From Candidatus Latescibacterota bacterium (GTDB lineage: Bacteria > Latescibacterota > UBA2968 > GCA-2709665): 64,000 bases of DNA. A model generated the notes under the pieces. The model ran no database searches. It was not told the origin of the DNA and was given only the letters and a program-made list of their open reading frames with translations. Below are positions 48,539-57,558 of the stretch, in pieces; within the stretch, counting starts at the first letter, position 1, and each line of letters starts with the position of its first letter. The position numbers and the translations under genes are program-made. The DNA lies in contig OZ252100.1 in the NCBI GenBank assembly GCA_965248435.1, positions 1,664,001 through 1,728,000 of the forward strand, written 5' to 3'.

Positions 48539-50428
48539 ATGAAAAATCTGGTTATCTGCGAGTTTCCCTGGCAGGTTCAACTGATAAAGCCCAGGATATC
48601 AGAAGACGACATTGTTATCTCGTTCAATGCGGAAACAAATTACGAATTGGAGAGAAACGGCATCAATTTCTCCGACGCGCGGGACTATTATGACCACTGC
48701 CACATCTGGAGCCAGTATCCAGACTTCACGCATCGGACGGCTCGTATATGCAACCGACTGGATCAAATCTTCTGGAAGGTTGACCCGGAGTTAGGGGGAA
48801 AGCAACTCAAGCTATCTGACCTCCTGTTCTACCAACTCAAGATTGCCATTGGCCAAGCCTTTTACAAGATCCACGTCTCGCGCGAGATCTTGAGAAGACA
48901 CGCACCAACGGGCAGAGTGACGATCGCATCTGCGGCCGAGACCCCAATCCTGACCAATTTCCTGTTGTTTGACGGGGAGTCCAGCATCCTCAGCTGGATA
49001 TTTGGAGCCCTACAAAGTGAAATGGGATATCAGATCCAGTTCCTTGAGACCCCAGAAACTCGACCTAATAGCCATCAAGGAACAAGATCTCGTCTGACAA
49101 AAGGGATTGGTAAGGCCATACGCAAACTGCAGCGCCTTAAAGCTGCGCGTTTCCCGTTTCCAAAAACTCCCCCTCCCGATAAGATCAACGTCCGTCTTCT
49201 TTCGGTAAACTGCCCGGAGCTGGACACGCTTAAAGGGCCACTCCTTGCCGACAAGATTTGCGTGGAAACTTACCAGGGTGAGATGTTCCATTTGACCACC
49301 AGAACCTACCCGTGCTCCACCGATATCATCGAAGCCATCGAGCAAGACGCCACCATTAAAGATCAACTTACCTTTGAAGGGCTTAATGCCTCTCAGCTCA
49401 TATTCCCAATTCTATCCAAGTTCGTCAAGACTCTGGACCGCTTTCTGGAACACTACAAAGAAATGGAACAACTCCTGGATGCAACCAAGCCGGACTGTGT
49501 TTTCGTTCAGAGCTTGGCCCCGTTCCATCTGTCCAATATCCTTCTCGCTCAAATTTGTGACCGGCGAAACATACCTCTTGTCTGCTGGATGCACGGAGGT
49601 TACGGCGCCTATCACTCCTTGACGGGTTATGACGTGACTGACTTCAGATTGGGCATCAATCATTTTGTCTACGGAAAGGCCGTAAGCGACATTTTGGCTT
49701 CTGAGAAGTGCGTATTAAACCAACTCGGCTTCAACGGACACAATCTCTACGTTAGCGGGGCGCCAGCAATCGAGCAGAAATATCGTACTTATGTGAAGCC
49801 GAAGAACAGTAGGAAGAGAGTATTACTCCCGGTAGGGAATCTCTCGACCTACAATCAATTCCACTTTGGATACAACCGACGGAACGCGGAATACTGCAGT
49901 TGGGAGTATCACAGGGTCATTATAGAGCTTTTTGTAAGATATCAAGATAGATATGAATTCGTAATCAAGGACTATCCAAATCCAAAAGTTAACATGAAGG
50001 ACACATGGTCATCTCTGCTGAAGGATCTCGGCGGCCGGAAAATAAGGCTCGTTACTGACGAAGAGCGATTCGAGGACCTTCTTGTGAAATCCGACTTGTG
50101 TGTCTTTACCTGGGTGAGTACTACCTTTATCGAGAGCCTACTGACAGACGCCGATATCTTCCTATTGGACGACAGTGATATTACGGACGAAGCTAGAGCG
50201 CTATTCGAGGCCTACATAGAATTCAGCGACAACATTCCACAATTCGTTGCAAAACTTGACCGATACCTGGATGTTGGAAGGTTCTACTCACAGGACAAGG
50301 GGCTGCTGCGTGACTATTTTGTTGATTACAGTCATAAGGATGACCGACCTGAGACGGTAGCCAGAATGATAGATCAGATCGTCGATAGGCCTGAGGCAGG
50401 AACTGTCCCAGGCAACCTCACGGGTTGA
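48539..50428 (+). CDS. Large glycan biosynthesis protein (putative ulosonate GT-B transferase)
   Basis: WMHGG, FVYG, IKDYP, STTFIE; same architecture as 36491 and 57539. Confidence 0.5.
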   Translation: MKNLVICEFPWQVQLIKPRISEDDIVISFNAETNYELERNGINFSDARDYYDHCHIWSQYPDFTHRTARICNRLDQIFWKVDPELGGKQLKLSDLLFYQLKIAIGQAFYKIHVSREILRRHAPTGRVTIASAAETPILTNFLLFDGESSILSWIFGALQSEMGYQIQFLETPETRPNSHQGTRSRLTKGIGKAIRKLQRLKAARFPFPKTPPPDKINVRLLSVNCPELDTLKGPLLADKICVETYQGEMFHLTTRTYPCSTDIIEAIEQDATIKDQLTFEGLNASQLIFPILSKFVKTLDRFLEHYKEMEQLLDATKPDCVFVQSLAPFHLSNILLAQICDRRNIPLVCWMHGGYGAYHSLTGYDVTDFRLGINHFVYGKAVSDILASEKCVLNQLGFNGHNLYVSGAPAIEQKYRTYVKPKNSRKRVLLPVGNLSTYNQFHFGYNRRNAEYCSWEYHRVIIELFVRYQDRYEFVIKDYPNPKVNMKDTWSSLLKDLGGRKIRLVTDEERFEDLLVKSDLCVFTWVSTTFIESLLTDADIFLLDDSDITDEARALFEAYIEFSDNIPQFVAKLDRYLDVGRFYSQDKGLLRDYFVDYSHKDDRPETVARMIDQIVDRPEAGTVPGNLTG

Positions 50429-50432
50429 CGCG

Positions 50433-51206
50433 ATGTGTAGACATGAAGTAGACGCTATCGTTCGGGCCAGGATGAATGCCTCGAGGCTCCCAGGCAAGGT
50501 GCTTCTCCCTGCTGCGGGCAAGCCTCTGCTTTTGCACATGATCGAGCGACTGAGTCGAAGTCGCACCTTGAGGCAAATCGTCGTGGCGACGTCGAGCGAT
50601 CCATCAGATGACGCGATTGAAAACATGTGCCTGGAAGAGGACATCCTGTGCTACAGGGGCAACTCAGAGGATGTGTTGGACAGATACTACAAGTGCGCTA
50701 TCGCGTATGACATGAAACATATGGCTTTGCTCGGAGCAGATAATCCGTTGATCGATCCGATGGTCTGTGATGATTCTTGTGACGCATATCTACAATCTCC
50801 GGGGGAGTTCGATTTTGTATCCAATCACCACCCCCCGACCTATCCCGACGGCCAGGAAATTGAAATCTGCTCCTTCAAGGCCATCGAGTCAGCGTGGCGA
50901 GAGGCGAATAAACAGTTTCAGAGGGAGCACGGGACGCCCTTCATATGGGATCAACCCCAGCGTTTCCGCTGTTTCAACATTACGATGAAACCCAACCTCC
51001 AATGCGAACGTTGGACCCTCGACTATCCCGAGGACTATGATTTCCTTAAGAGCATATTTGATGGCCTATATCTCACAAAACCCGATTTTTCGATGTGGGA
51101 TATCGTCTCCTTTCTTGATGCACATCCGGCATTGCGAAGGATTAACGCGGCCCATTCAGGAAGTAAGTGGTATTCTGAACAAGCTGACGAGCTCAGCACA
51201 GTTTAG
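50433..51206 (+). CDS. SpsF-type cytidylyltransferase, copy 3
   Basis: ARMNASRLPGK, RGNSEDVLDRY, ADNP, REH, RWTLDYPED. Confidence 0.85.
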   Translation: MCRHEVDAIVRARMNASRLPGKVLLPAAGKPLLLHMIERLSRSRTLRQIVVATSSDPSDDAIENMCLEEDILCYRGNSEDVLDRYYKCAIAYDMKHMALLGADNPLIDPMVCDDSCDAYLQSPGEFDFVSNHHPPTYPDGQEIEICSFKAIESAWREANKQFQREHGTPFIWDQPQRFRCFNITMKPNLQCERWTLDYPEDYDFLKSIFDGLYLTKPDFSMWDIVSFLDAHPALRRINAAHSGSKWYSEQADELSTV

Positions 51207-51230
51207 ATCCCCAACAATCGAAAGCGACGA

Positions 51231-52238
51231 ATGATGAAGCGATTTCTCGTTACAGGCGGTGCCGGATTTATCGGTTCCCACATCGCGAGGCGACTCCTGC
51301 AGGAGGGCGCTCGTGTCTGGGTACTCGACAACTTCCTGACAGGGAGTCCCGACAACCTTCCCAAAGGTGTCGGCCTCATCGAAGGTGACATCACTTCAGA
51401 GAGTGTCTACCCCATCCTACCGAAGGAACCCTTCGACGCTGTCTTCCATCTGGCGGGCCAGTCCTCAGGTCCCATTTCGGGAAAGGATCCCGTCCAGGAC
51501 CTCGATATAAACGCCAAAGGAACGCTCTTACTGTTGCAGTGGTGCGCCGAAAGAGAGATTCCAAGGTTTTTGTATGCGAGTTCCCAGGCAGTTTACGGTG
51601 ATACCGGCGGAATCCCTGTGGGAGAGAACCATCCTTGCGCGCCTCGCTCTTTCTACGGTGTCACGAAACTGGCTGCAGAGGGTTATGTCAGAATTTTCAA
51701 TAGCCATGGTCTGTCTGTAACCGCCTTCAGAATGAGCAATGTCTATGGACCGGGCCAAAACCTGGACAACCTCCTGCAGGGCATGGTTAGCATATACATG
51801 GCATACCTGCTGCGAGGGGAACCCATTCTCGTCATGGGATCCTTGGATCGATACCGAGATCTGATTTATGTGGACGATGTCGTGGAAGCGTGGATTGCCG
51901 CACTCAACGATCCGATCACAAAGGGGAAAACCTACAATCTGGGAAGCGGCCACAGAACGACAGTCGGTGACTTGCTTGACGCGGAAATCTCGGCATTCGG
52001 CTACGATCCGGAGACCTATAGGGTCATCTGTGAAGGAACGACTCACGGCGACATCTTTGGCCTACAAGTAGACATCTCCCTCCTGACGAAAGACTTGAAA
52101 TGGTCTCCTGAAATCACCGTTCATGAGGGCATTTTGAGGATGTCCGAGTGGGTAAAACAATCTAACAGCTATAAATCCTGCAAACACACCTATCAGCCCA
52201 CCCCCGTGCAAGCCAGAAATCGCCCTAGAAATCTCTGA
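51231..52238 (+). CDS. NAD-dependent epimerase/dehydratase
   Basis: GGAGFIGS, HLAGQSS, YGVTK, NVYGPGQ. Confidence 0.88.
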   Translation: MMKRFLVTGGAGFIGSHIARRLLQEGARVWVLDNFLTGSPDNLPKGVGLIEGDITSESVYPILPKEPFDAVFHLAGQSSGPISGKDPVQDLDINAKGTLLLLQWCAEREIPRFLYASSQAVYGDTGGIPVGENHPCAPRSFYGVTKLAAEGYVRIFNSHGLSVTAFRMSNVYGPGQNLDNLLQGMVSIYMAYLLRGEPILVMGSLDRYRDLIYVDDVVEAWIAALNDPITKGKTYNLGSGHRTTVGDLLDAEISAFGYDPETYRVICEGTTHGDIFGLQVDISLLTKDLKWSPEITVHEGILRMSEWVKQSNSYKSCKHTYQPTPVQARNRPRNL

Positions 52239-52326
52239 GCATCTCTTCCGAAACGAGATGGGTTAAGTAACAGCTTGTCGGTATTAACCAATGCACATAT
52301 AGATCCTACAAAGATGGGAGAACAAC

Positions 52327-53412
52327 ATGCAGTGCCTCGAAGATGATGACAAATTACTTAAAACAATGATGAACGACTATTGGAACCAAGACAAACAATA
52401 TCAAGCTGACACATTTTGGAAGAACTATGAAAATTGGAACTTACAGGTGTTATACGATTATGGGTTGTCAAATTTTCTGGCCAGACCAAACTCCTTCGGA
52501 AATGCCATTACGTCCAAATTCATTCTTCCTAAACGCATCACTCTACGACTCAATAAGGTACTGAGGAGAATTGCGAATTTTTGTCGAAAGGTAAACGTAA
52601 GAACTCACCCCTTCAATGTGTACGACTGGGTGAAGGATAATCCTGCGCGCATCAGACAGATGTATGGAGGGTTGATGTGTGAAGCCTTGTTTTCGTTACC
52701 CAACGGAAATAGACTCATTGAATTGCATGATGAATTGATTGGAACCCCTCGTGAAGTATTTGAAGTAGGAGGCAAAAGGTTTAGTCTCAGCTTTATGAGA
52801 TACTTTTATAAAGCATTGATGATGGAAAAATATCTAAAGATTTCGAGTTCTACCTTCTTTTTTGAAATAGGTGCAGGCTATGGCGGACAGGCTCAAGTTC
52901 TCTTAAAGATGTTTCCACATCTACGAATATGTCTAACTGATTTGCCTCCTCAATTATATGTTATCGAACAATATCTTAAGGCAGTGTTCCCAGGCGAGGT
53001 CTTAGGATACACAGAAACAAGAAGCATGCAGACCATTGATAGAAACATTCTAGGAGAAAATAGGATTGTCATAGTGGCCCCATGGGAGCTCAATAAAATT
53101 GATGACGACGCTTTTGAAAATTTCACTAATCAGGCAAGCTTCCAGGAAATGAGTCACGGAACCGTCAAGAGATATTGTGATGAACTACATAGGCTTATAA
53201 CGAATGGGATCTTTCTGTATCAACAGAGAGAGGGTTGTGGAGGTGTCGAAAATCCCGTTACAAGAGATGACTATGTAGACTATTTATCTGAATTCAAGCT
53301 CGCTCATGAAATGACGACTTTGTTGGCAGCACATCCAAACGGACATCCCAACAAACTTTTGAATCATAATGATATCTATGTCTTTAAAAGAGAAACTGGG
53401 AGTTTCGCCTGA
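52327..53412 (+). CDS. Putative sugar O-methyltransferase (AT-rich gene)
   Basis: EIGAGYG, DLPPQL, NQASFQEM. Confidence 0.7.
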   Translation: MQCLEDDDKLLKTMMNDYWNQDKQYQADTFWKNYENWNLQVLYDYGLSNFLARPNSFGNAITSKFILPKRITLRLNKVLRRIANFCRKVNVRTHPFNVYDWVKDNPARIRQMYGGLMCEALFSLPNGNRLIELHDELIGTPREVFEVGGKRFSLSFMRYFYKALMMEKYLKISSSTFFFEIGAGYGGQAQVLLKMFPHLRICLTDLPPQLYVIEQYLKAVFPGEVLGYTETRSMQTIDRNILGENRIVIVAPWELNKIDDDAFENFTNQASFQEMSHGTVKRYCDELHRLITNGIFLYQQREGCGGVENPVTRDDYVDYLSEFKLAHEMTTLLAAHPNGHPNKLLNHNDIYVFKRETGSFA

Positions 53413-53486
53413 TCTCCTCCTGGACTAGAATATGGAATTCAGAGGATGTCCAAACGGGCAAGAGAATCGGCTTGAGGTGAAGACTC

Positions 53487-54587
53487 GTGTCAAACAATAC
53501 TAGAATACTATTGTGCGGTGCAGGAAACCGGGCATTACCGAAGAATCCCGAAGGGTCTAATTTCGCGGGATGGGTAGAGATGATTCAGAAATCCACCTGC
53601 GCCGATCTGGTCGCCGCGCAGGACATCGAGGGGAAAAACCTACAGCGAATCGAAAGCTCTGGCGTCCTCCACTCAGATCAGCTGTTTACCGATCTGGAAG
53701 AAGCTCTTGAAAGTGTCCCGTGCGACGCCGTGCTCGTCTGTCCTATGGTAGAGGCTCACGCAGACTGCATTCGCAGGGCCTTGAAGTCGGGACGCCACGT
53801 CCTGGTCGAGAAACCTCTTGTGAGTAGACTTTCTGATGCGGTCGCACTCGCCAGGCAGGCGAAGCAGCGAGGGTTGACCGTTGGAGTCGTTCAGAATTGG
53901 CGGGGAAAGTCTGTTGGACAGGCCCTCAGAGAGGCGATCTCAGATCGGCAGATAGGAAGAGTCGGAAACATCTTCTTTCGCTACGTCCGCAATCGCGAAT
54001 ATATACATCTGCCAAGCTATCTCTTTGAGGAACCGTATCCCCTGCTTTACGCCATGGGGATACATCACCTTGACCTGTTCCGCTATATCCTGGGCGAGAA
54101 CATCGTTTCGGTATCTGGAACAGGATTCCGTCCACCATGGACCGGCTACAGTTCCTACCCGGGAGTTGCACTTAACATGGTCACTGAGAGCGGCGTGCAT
54201 ATCTCTTATGCAGGAACGTTTTCCTCGAAAGGCCAGCACACAGCCCTCGAGAATCTCCTCGTCGATGGTGAATTCGGTACATTGACCAACGAATCGGACT
54301 GGGGCGACCCCCCACTGATGCTCTCGACCACCGACTCACCCGAGGCGCGGGATCTGACGGCCGATGTCACGGCCCGGGACATCCGTTCTCAGTACGACCT
54401 GTCAGATACCCACATTCTCCAAGACTTCTGCGACTCAATTCGCCTGGGTCGCCCTCCCCTCTGCCCCATTGAAGACAATCTGTGGACTTTGGCCGCCCTG
54501 GAAGCCTCTGTAGAAGCCTGTGAAACCGAAGGGGAAGTCCAGGTCAGCAACGTCCTGGCTCGAGCAGGCCTGAACGGAGGTGTTTGA
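53487..54587 (+). CDS. Gfo/Idh/MocA family oxidoreductase
   Basis: N-terminal Rossmann fold, HVLVEKP, IHHLD. Confidence 0.85.
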   Translation: MSNNTRILLCGAGNRALPKNPEGSNFAGWVEMIQKSTCADLVAAQDIEGKNLQRIESSGVLHSDQLFTDLEEALESVPCDAVLVCPMVEAHADCIRRALKSGRHVLVEKPLVSRLSDAVALARQAKQRGLTVGVVQNWRGKSVGQALREAISDRQIGRVGNIFFRYVRNREYIHLPSYLFEEPYPLLYAMGIHHLDLFRYILGENIVSVSGTGFRPPWTGYSSYPGVALNMVTESGVHISYAGTFSSKGQHTALENLLVDGEFGTLTNESDWGDPPLMLSTTDSPEARDLTADVTARDIRSQYDLSDTHILQDFCDSIRLGRPPLCPIEDNLWTLAALEASVEACETEGEVQVSNVLARAGLNGGV

Positions 54588-55477
54588 AAATGGCGCGTGA
54601 ACCTGTCTGTCGGATTTGTGACTCTCCTGAGTCCGTAATCGTTTCAGAGGAAGTCTCCGGGGCGCCGGAGGCGAAGGTCTTCCAGTGCGTAGCGTGTGAC
54701 ATGGTCTACCTGCATCCCATCATGGGTGCTGACGAAGAATCAGATTTTTACGAACAGGACTTTCCGTCATACATGGAAGCTCGAAATGCGCCTGAGGGAG
54801 CCGAAGCCGCATCAAACTTCATTTCGAATCTTCCAGAAGCTGAACGCAGAATTGAGCTTATCCGACCCCATCTGGATGAAGCGATGTCAATCCTGGAGAT
54901 TGGAAGCTCCACCGGCCACTTTCTCTTTTCGCTCCAGGGTTATGTGGATTCGGTAACCGGGGTCGAACCAGGCCGAGCCTTCGCCGATTATGCCCGGTGT
55001 CTGGGAATTCGTACTTTCGAGAAGCTCGGAGACATCCAAAACGAGCAATTCGACGTCATTCTTCTCTATTATGTCCTCGAGCACATGCGCGATCCGATCG
55101 GCTTCCTCTCCGAAGTCCGAACCTACCTGAAGCCACACGGTAAGCTTCTGCTCGAGGTTCCTAATGTAGACGACGTGCTCTTCTCTACTTACGACATCCC
55201 TTCTTTTGGCCCGTTCTATTTCCAGAAGGCGCACTACTACAACTTCTCACGAATCACCCTGGAAGCCGTCATGGAAAAGAGTGGCTACAGACCTCAGATT
55301 CTTCCGGAGCAGCGCTACGATCTCTCGAACCACCTCCACTGGATGATGGCGGGGCGTCCCGGAGGAAAAGGCAAGTACTCGGAAGTATTCTCCAATACGC
55401 TGGAATCTGCGTATGCGGAAACGTTGAAACATCACTGGCTCTGCGATACCCTGTTCGGAGTCGGCTCAACATCTTGA
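54584..55477 (+). CDS. Class I SAM-dependent methyltransferase with N-terminal Zn ribbon
   Basis: CRIC...CVAC, EIGSSTG, VLEH, EVPN. Confidence 0.82.
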   Translation: MKMAREPVCRICDSPESVIVSEEVSGAPEAKVFQCVACDMVYLHPIMGADEESDFYEQDFPSYMEARNAPEGAEAASNFISNLPEAERRIELIRPHLDEAMSILEIGSSTGHFLFSLQGYVDSVTGVEPGRAFADYARCLGIRTFEKLGDIQNEQFDVILLYYVLEHMRDPIGFLSEVRTYLKPHGKLLLEVPNVDDVLFSTYDIPSFGPFYFQKAHYYNFSRITLEAVMEKSGYRPQILPEQRYDLSNHLHWMMAGRPGGKGKYSEVFSNTLESAYAETLKHHWLCDTLFGVGSTS

Positions 55478-55487
55478 GCGTGGATCG

Positions 55488-56240
55488 ATGAAATTCGACG
55501 GAATCGAGGGAAAGCGGGTCCTCGTCACGGGATCCAGCAGAGGAATTGGAGCAGAGACAGCGGTTGCCTTTGCCGAGGCGGGTGCTGTGGTGGGGCTGCA
55601 CTGTAGAAACCGTAAGAATGGCGCAGAAACAGTCCTGAAACGCATACGGTCTACAGGCGCCACCGCCGATCTGTTTCAGGGCGATCTTCTGGATGTGGAG
55701 AATGCCTCCCAACTCATTGAAGCATTCGTCGAGCGATTCGGCGGAATAGACGTCCTCGTCAACAACGCCGGTTCTCCGATTCACACCAGACACGCCCTCG
55801 ACGTTGATGTGGGGACTTTCGAAGACACCCTAAGACTAAACACCTTGTCCCCTTTCTTCGTCGCGCAGAAGGCGATTTCCCAAATGAAACTACAGGGAAA
55901 CGCTGGAAGAATCATCAACGTCAGTTCAATTGGCGTCAAGTACGCGGGGTCAGATACGACATTGCACTACACCGCTGCGAAGGCGGCTTTGGAGACCATC
56001 ACGCGCAGCCTCGCCAAGATTGTCGCTCCTTGTAACATCCTGGTCAATGCGGTTCGACCGGGCGTTACCGATACCGATGCCGTTGAACACTATGTAAGCG
56101 ACAAACATGAAAGAGTGAGTCAGATCCCGTTGAAACGAATGGCCCATCCCAGTGAGATCTCGAACATGATCCTGTTCCTGGCTTCCAGTGCAGGCGACTT
56201 CATCACGGGACAGATTATTGCGGTGAGTGGAGGCGACTGA
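55488..56240 (+). CDS. Classical SDR oxidoreductase (FabG-like)
   Basis: TGSSRGIG, NNAG, YTAAK, PG..T, ITGQ..VSGG. Confidence 0.88.
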   Translation: MKFDGIEGKRVLVTGSSRGIGAETAVAFAEAGAVVGLHCRNRKNGAETVLKRIRSTGATADLFQGDLLDVENASQLIEAFVERFGGIDVLVNNAGSPIHTRHALDVDVGTFEDTLRLNTLSPFFVAQKAISQMKLQGNAGRIINVSSIGVKYAGSDTTLHYTAAKAALETITRSLAKIVAPCNILVNAVRPGVTDTDAVEHYVSDKHERVSQIPLKRMAHPSEISNMILFLASSAGDFITGQIIAVSGGD

Positions 56241-56299
56241 GGCCCTGAACTCACTCCATTGGCCCAGGTTTTGCGCCGCAGTGCAAAATGGTTCCAACC

Positions 56300-56462
56300 G
56301 GCAGAAACTTCCCTCCTTCCGCGTTTCTCGCACGCCTCTATAGCCCAAACCCTCCAAACATTATTCATATAACATCATATTTTACCGGATCTTAGTTGTG
56401 CCTTCCTCGTACCCAGGACCCGGTATAGATATTGCTAAGGCTAAGTCTAAAGGTGCCGATAA
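56300..56462 (+). promoter_or_regulatory. Regulatory cassette copy 4 (internal)
   Basis: GGCAGAAACTTCC 56300; TATAACAT 56368; CGGTATAGATATTGCT (GG 56422, GC 56434); TAAG-N15-GCCGATAA 56436-56462. Confidence 0.72.
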
Positions 56463-56601
56463 GTTACGTAGAAACCTGTAATTCCCTTTGCCATCCCCAT
56501 CCTCACCAGTTGTCGTATCCCCACCCAGTCTCAACCGGTCCCTGCAACGCCATCGGGCCAACCCAAGCAGAATTCAAGTCAGAAGACCAAGAGGTTCAAG
56601 A

Positions 56602-57558
56602 GTGAAAGTGTGTGTGTTTGGCGGTTCAGGTTTTGTAGGCAGTCACGTTTCGGAGGCGCTCGATAACGCTGGACACGAAGTTACAATCTTCGATCGACGC
56701 GACACAGAGTTCCGCCGCCCCCGCCAGCAATTCGTATCAGGGAACATTCTTGATCAGGATGCCGTTCTGGACGTTGTGCAGGGGAAGGACGTGGTCTACA
56801 ACTTTGCTGGGATCGCGGATATCGAGGAAGCACGCCAGCGGCCGCTCGATACGGCAAACGTCAACTTCATCGGAAACGCGACGCTTCTGGATGTATGTCG
56901 TCAAACCGGCATAAAGAGATATGTGTTCGCCAGCACGATCTATGTTTACAGTCGCTCGGGATCGTTTTACAGAGCAAGCAAACACGCCTCGGAACTCTAC
57001 ATCGAAGAGTATCAACGACAATACGGCCTGGACTATACGATTCTCAGATACGGCACGCTCTACGGACGTCGAGCCAACCTTCGAAACAACATTTACCGCT
57101 GCCTTCAGCAAGCCCTCGTACACAGAAAGATCGTCTATCGTGGAGATGGAGAGGACATCCGGGAGTATATCCACGTTGAAGACGCAGCCCAAAGCAGTGT
57201 AGATATCCTCTCGGATGAATTCAAGAATGAACACGTGATCCTCACAGGTCATCAGCCAATGAAAGTGAAAGACATGCTGGTGATGATCAGAGAAGTCGTC
57301 GGGGCTGATGTGGAAATCGAGTATGATGAACCGGATCACGAAAACTGGCATTACAAGGTCACGCCCTACTCCTTTACTCCGAAGATTGGAAAGAAGCTGA
57401 TTCGACACCACTACCTCGACCTGGGGCAGGGTCTGCTCGATTGCCTGGAAGAGATCCACGGCAGGCAGGTTCATTCGAAGGAACAAACAACATCCGATAG
57501 GAAAATTGCCTCTCTGAAACCTCTTCCGGTTGGTGGAAATGGCAAAGAAGACATCTAG
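56602..57558 (+). CDS. NAD-dependent epimerase/dehydratase
   Basis: GGSGFVG, YRASK, RYGTLYG, REYIHV; GTG start at 56602 after GAGG. Confidence 0.85.
   Translation: MKVCVFGGSGFVGSHVSEALDNAGHEVTIFDRRDTEFRRPRQQFVSGNILDQDAVLDVVQGKDVVYNFAGIADIEEARQRPLDTANVNFIGNATLLDVCRQTGIKRYVFASTIYVYSRSGSFYRASKHASELYIEEYQRQYGLDYTILRYGTLYGRRANLRNNIYRCLQQALVHRKIVYRGDGEDIREYIHVEDAAQSSVDILSDEFKNEHVILTGHQPMKVKDMLVMIREVVGADVEIEYDEPDHENWHYKVTPYSFTPKIGKKLIRHHYLDLGQGLLDCLEEIHGRQVHSKEQTTSDRKIASLKPLPVGGNGKEDI

Noticed and set aside
52280-52294. sigma54-like GG...TGC upstream of the AT-rich methyltransferase
   Set aside because: The spacing is GG-N11-GC; sigma54 needs N10.
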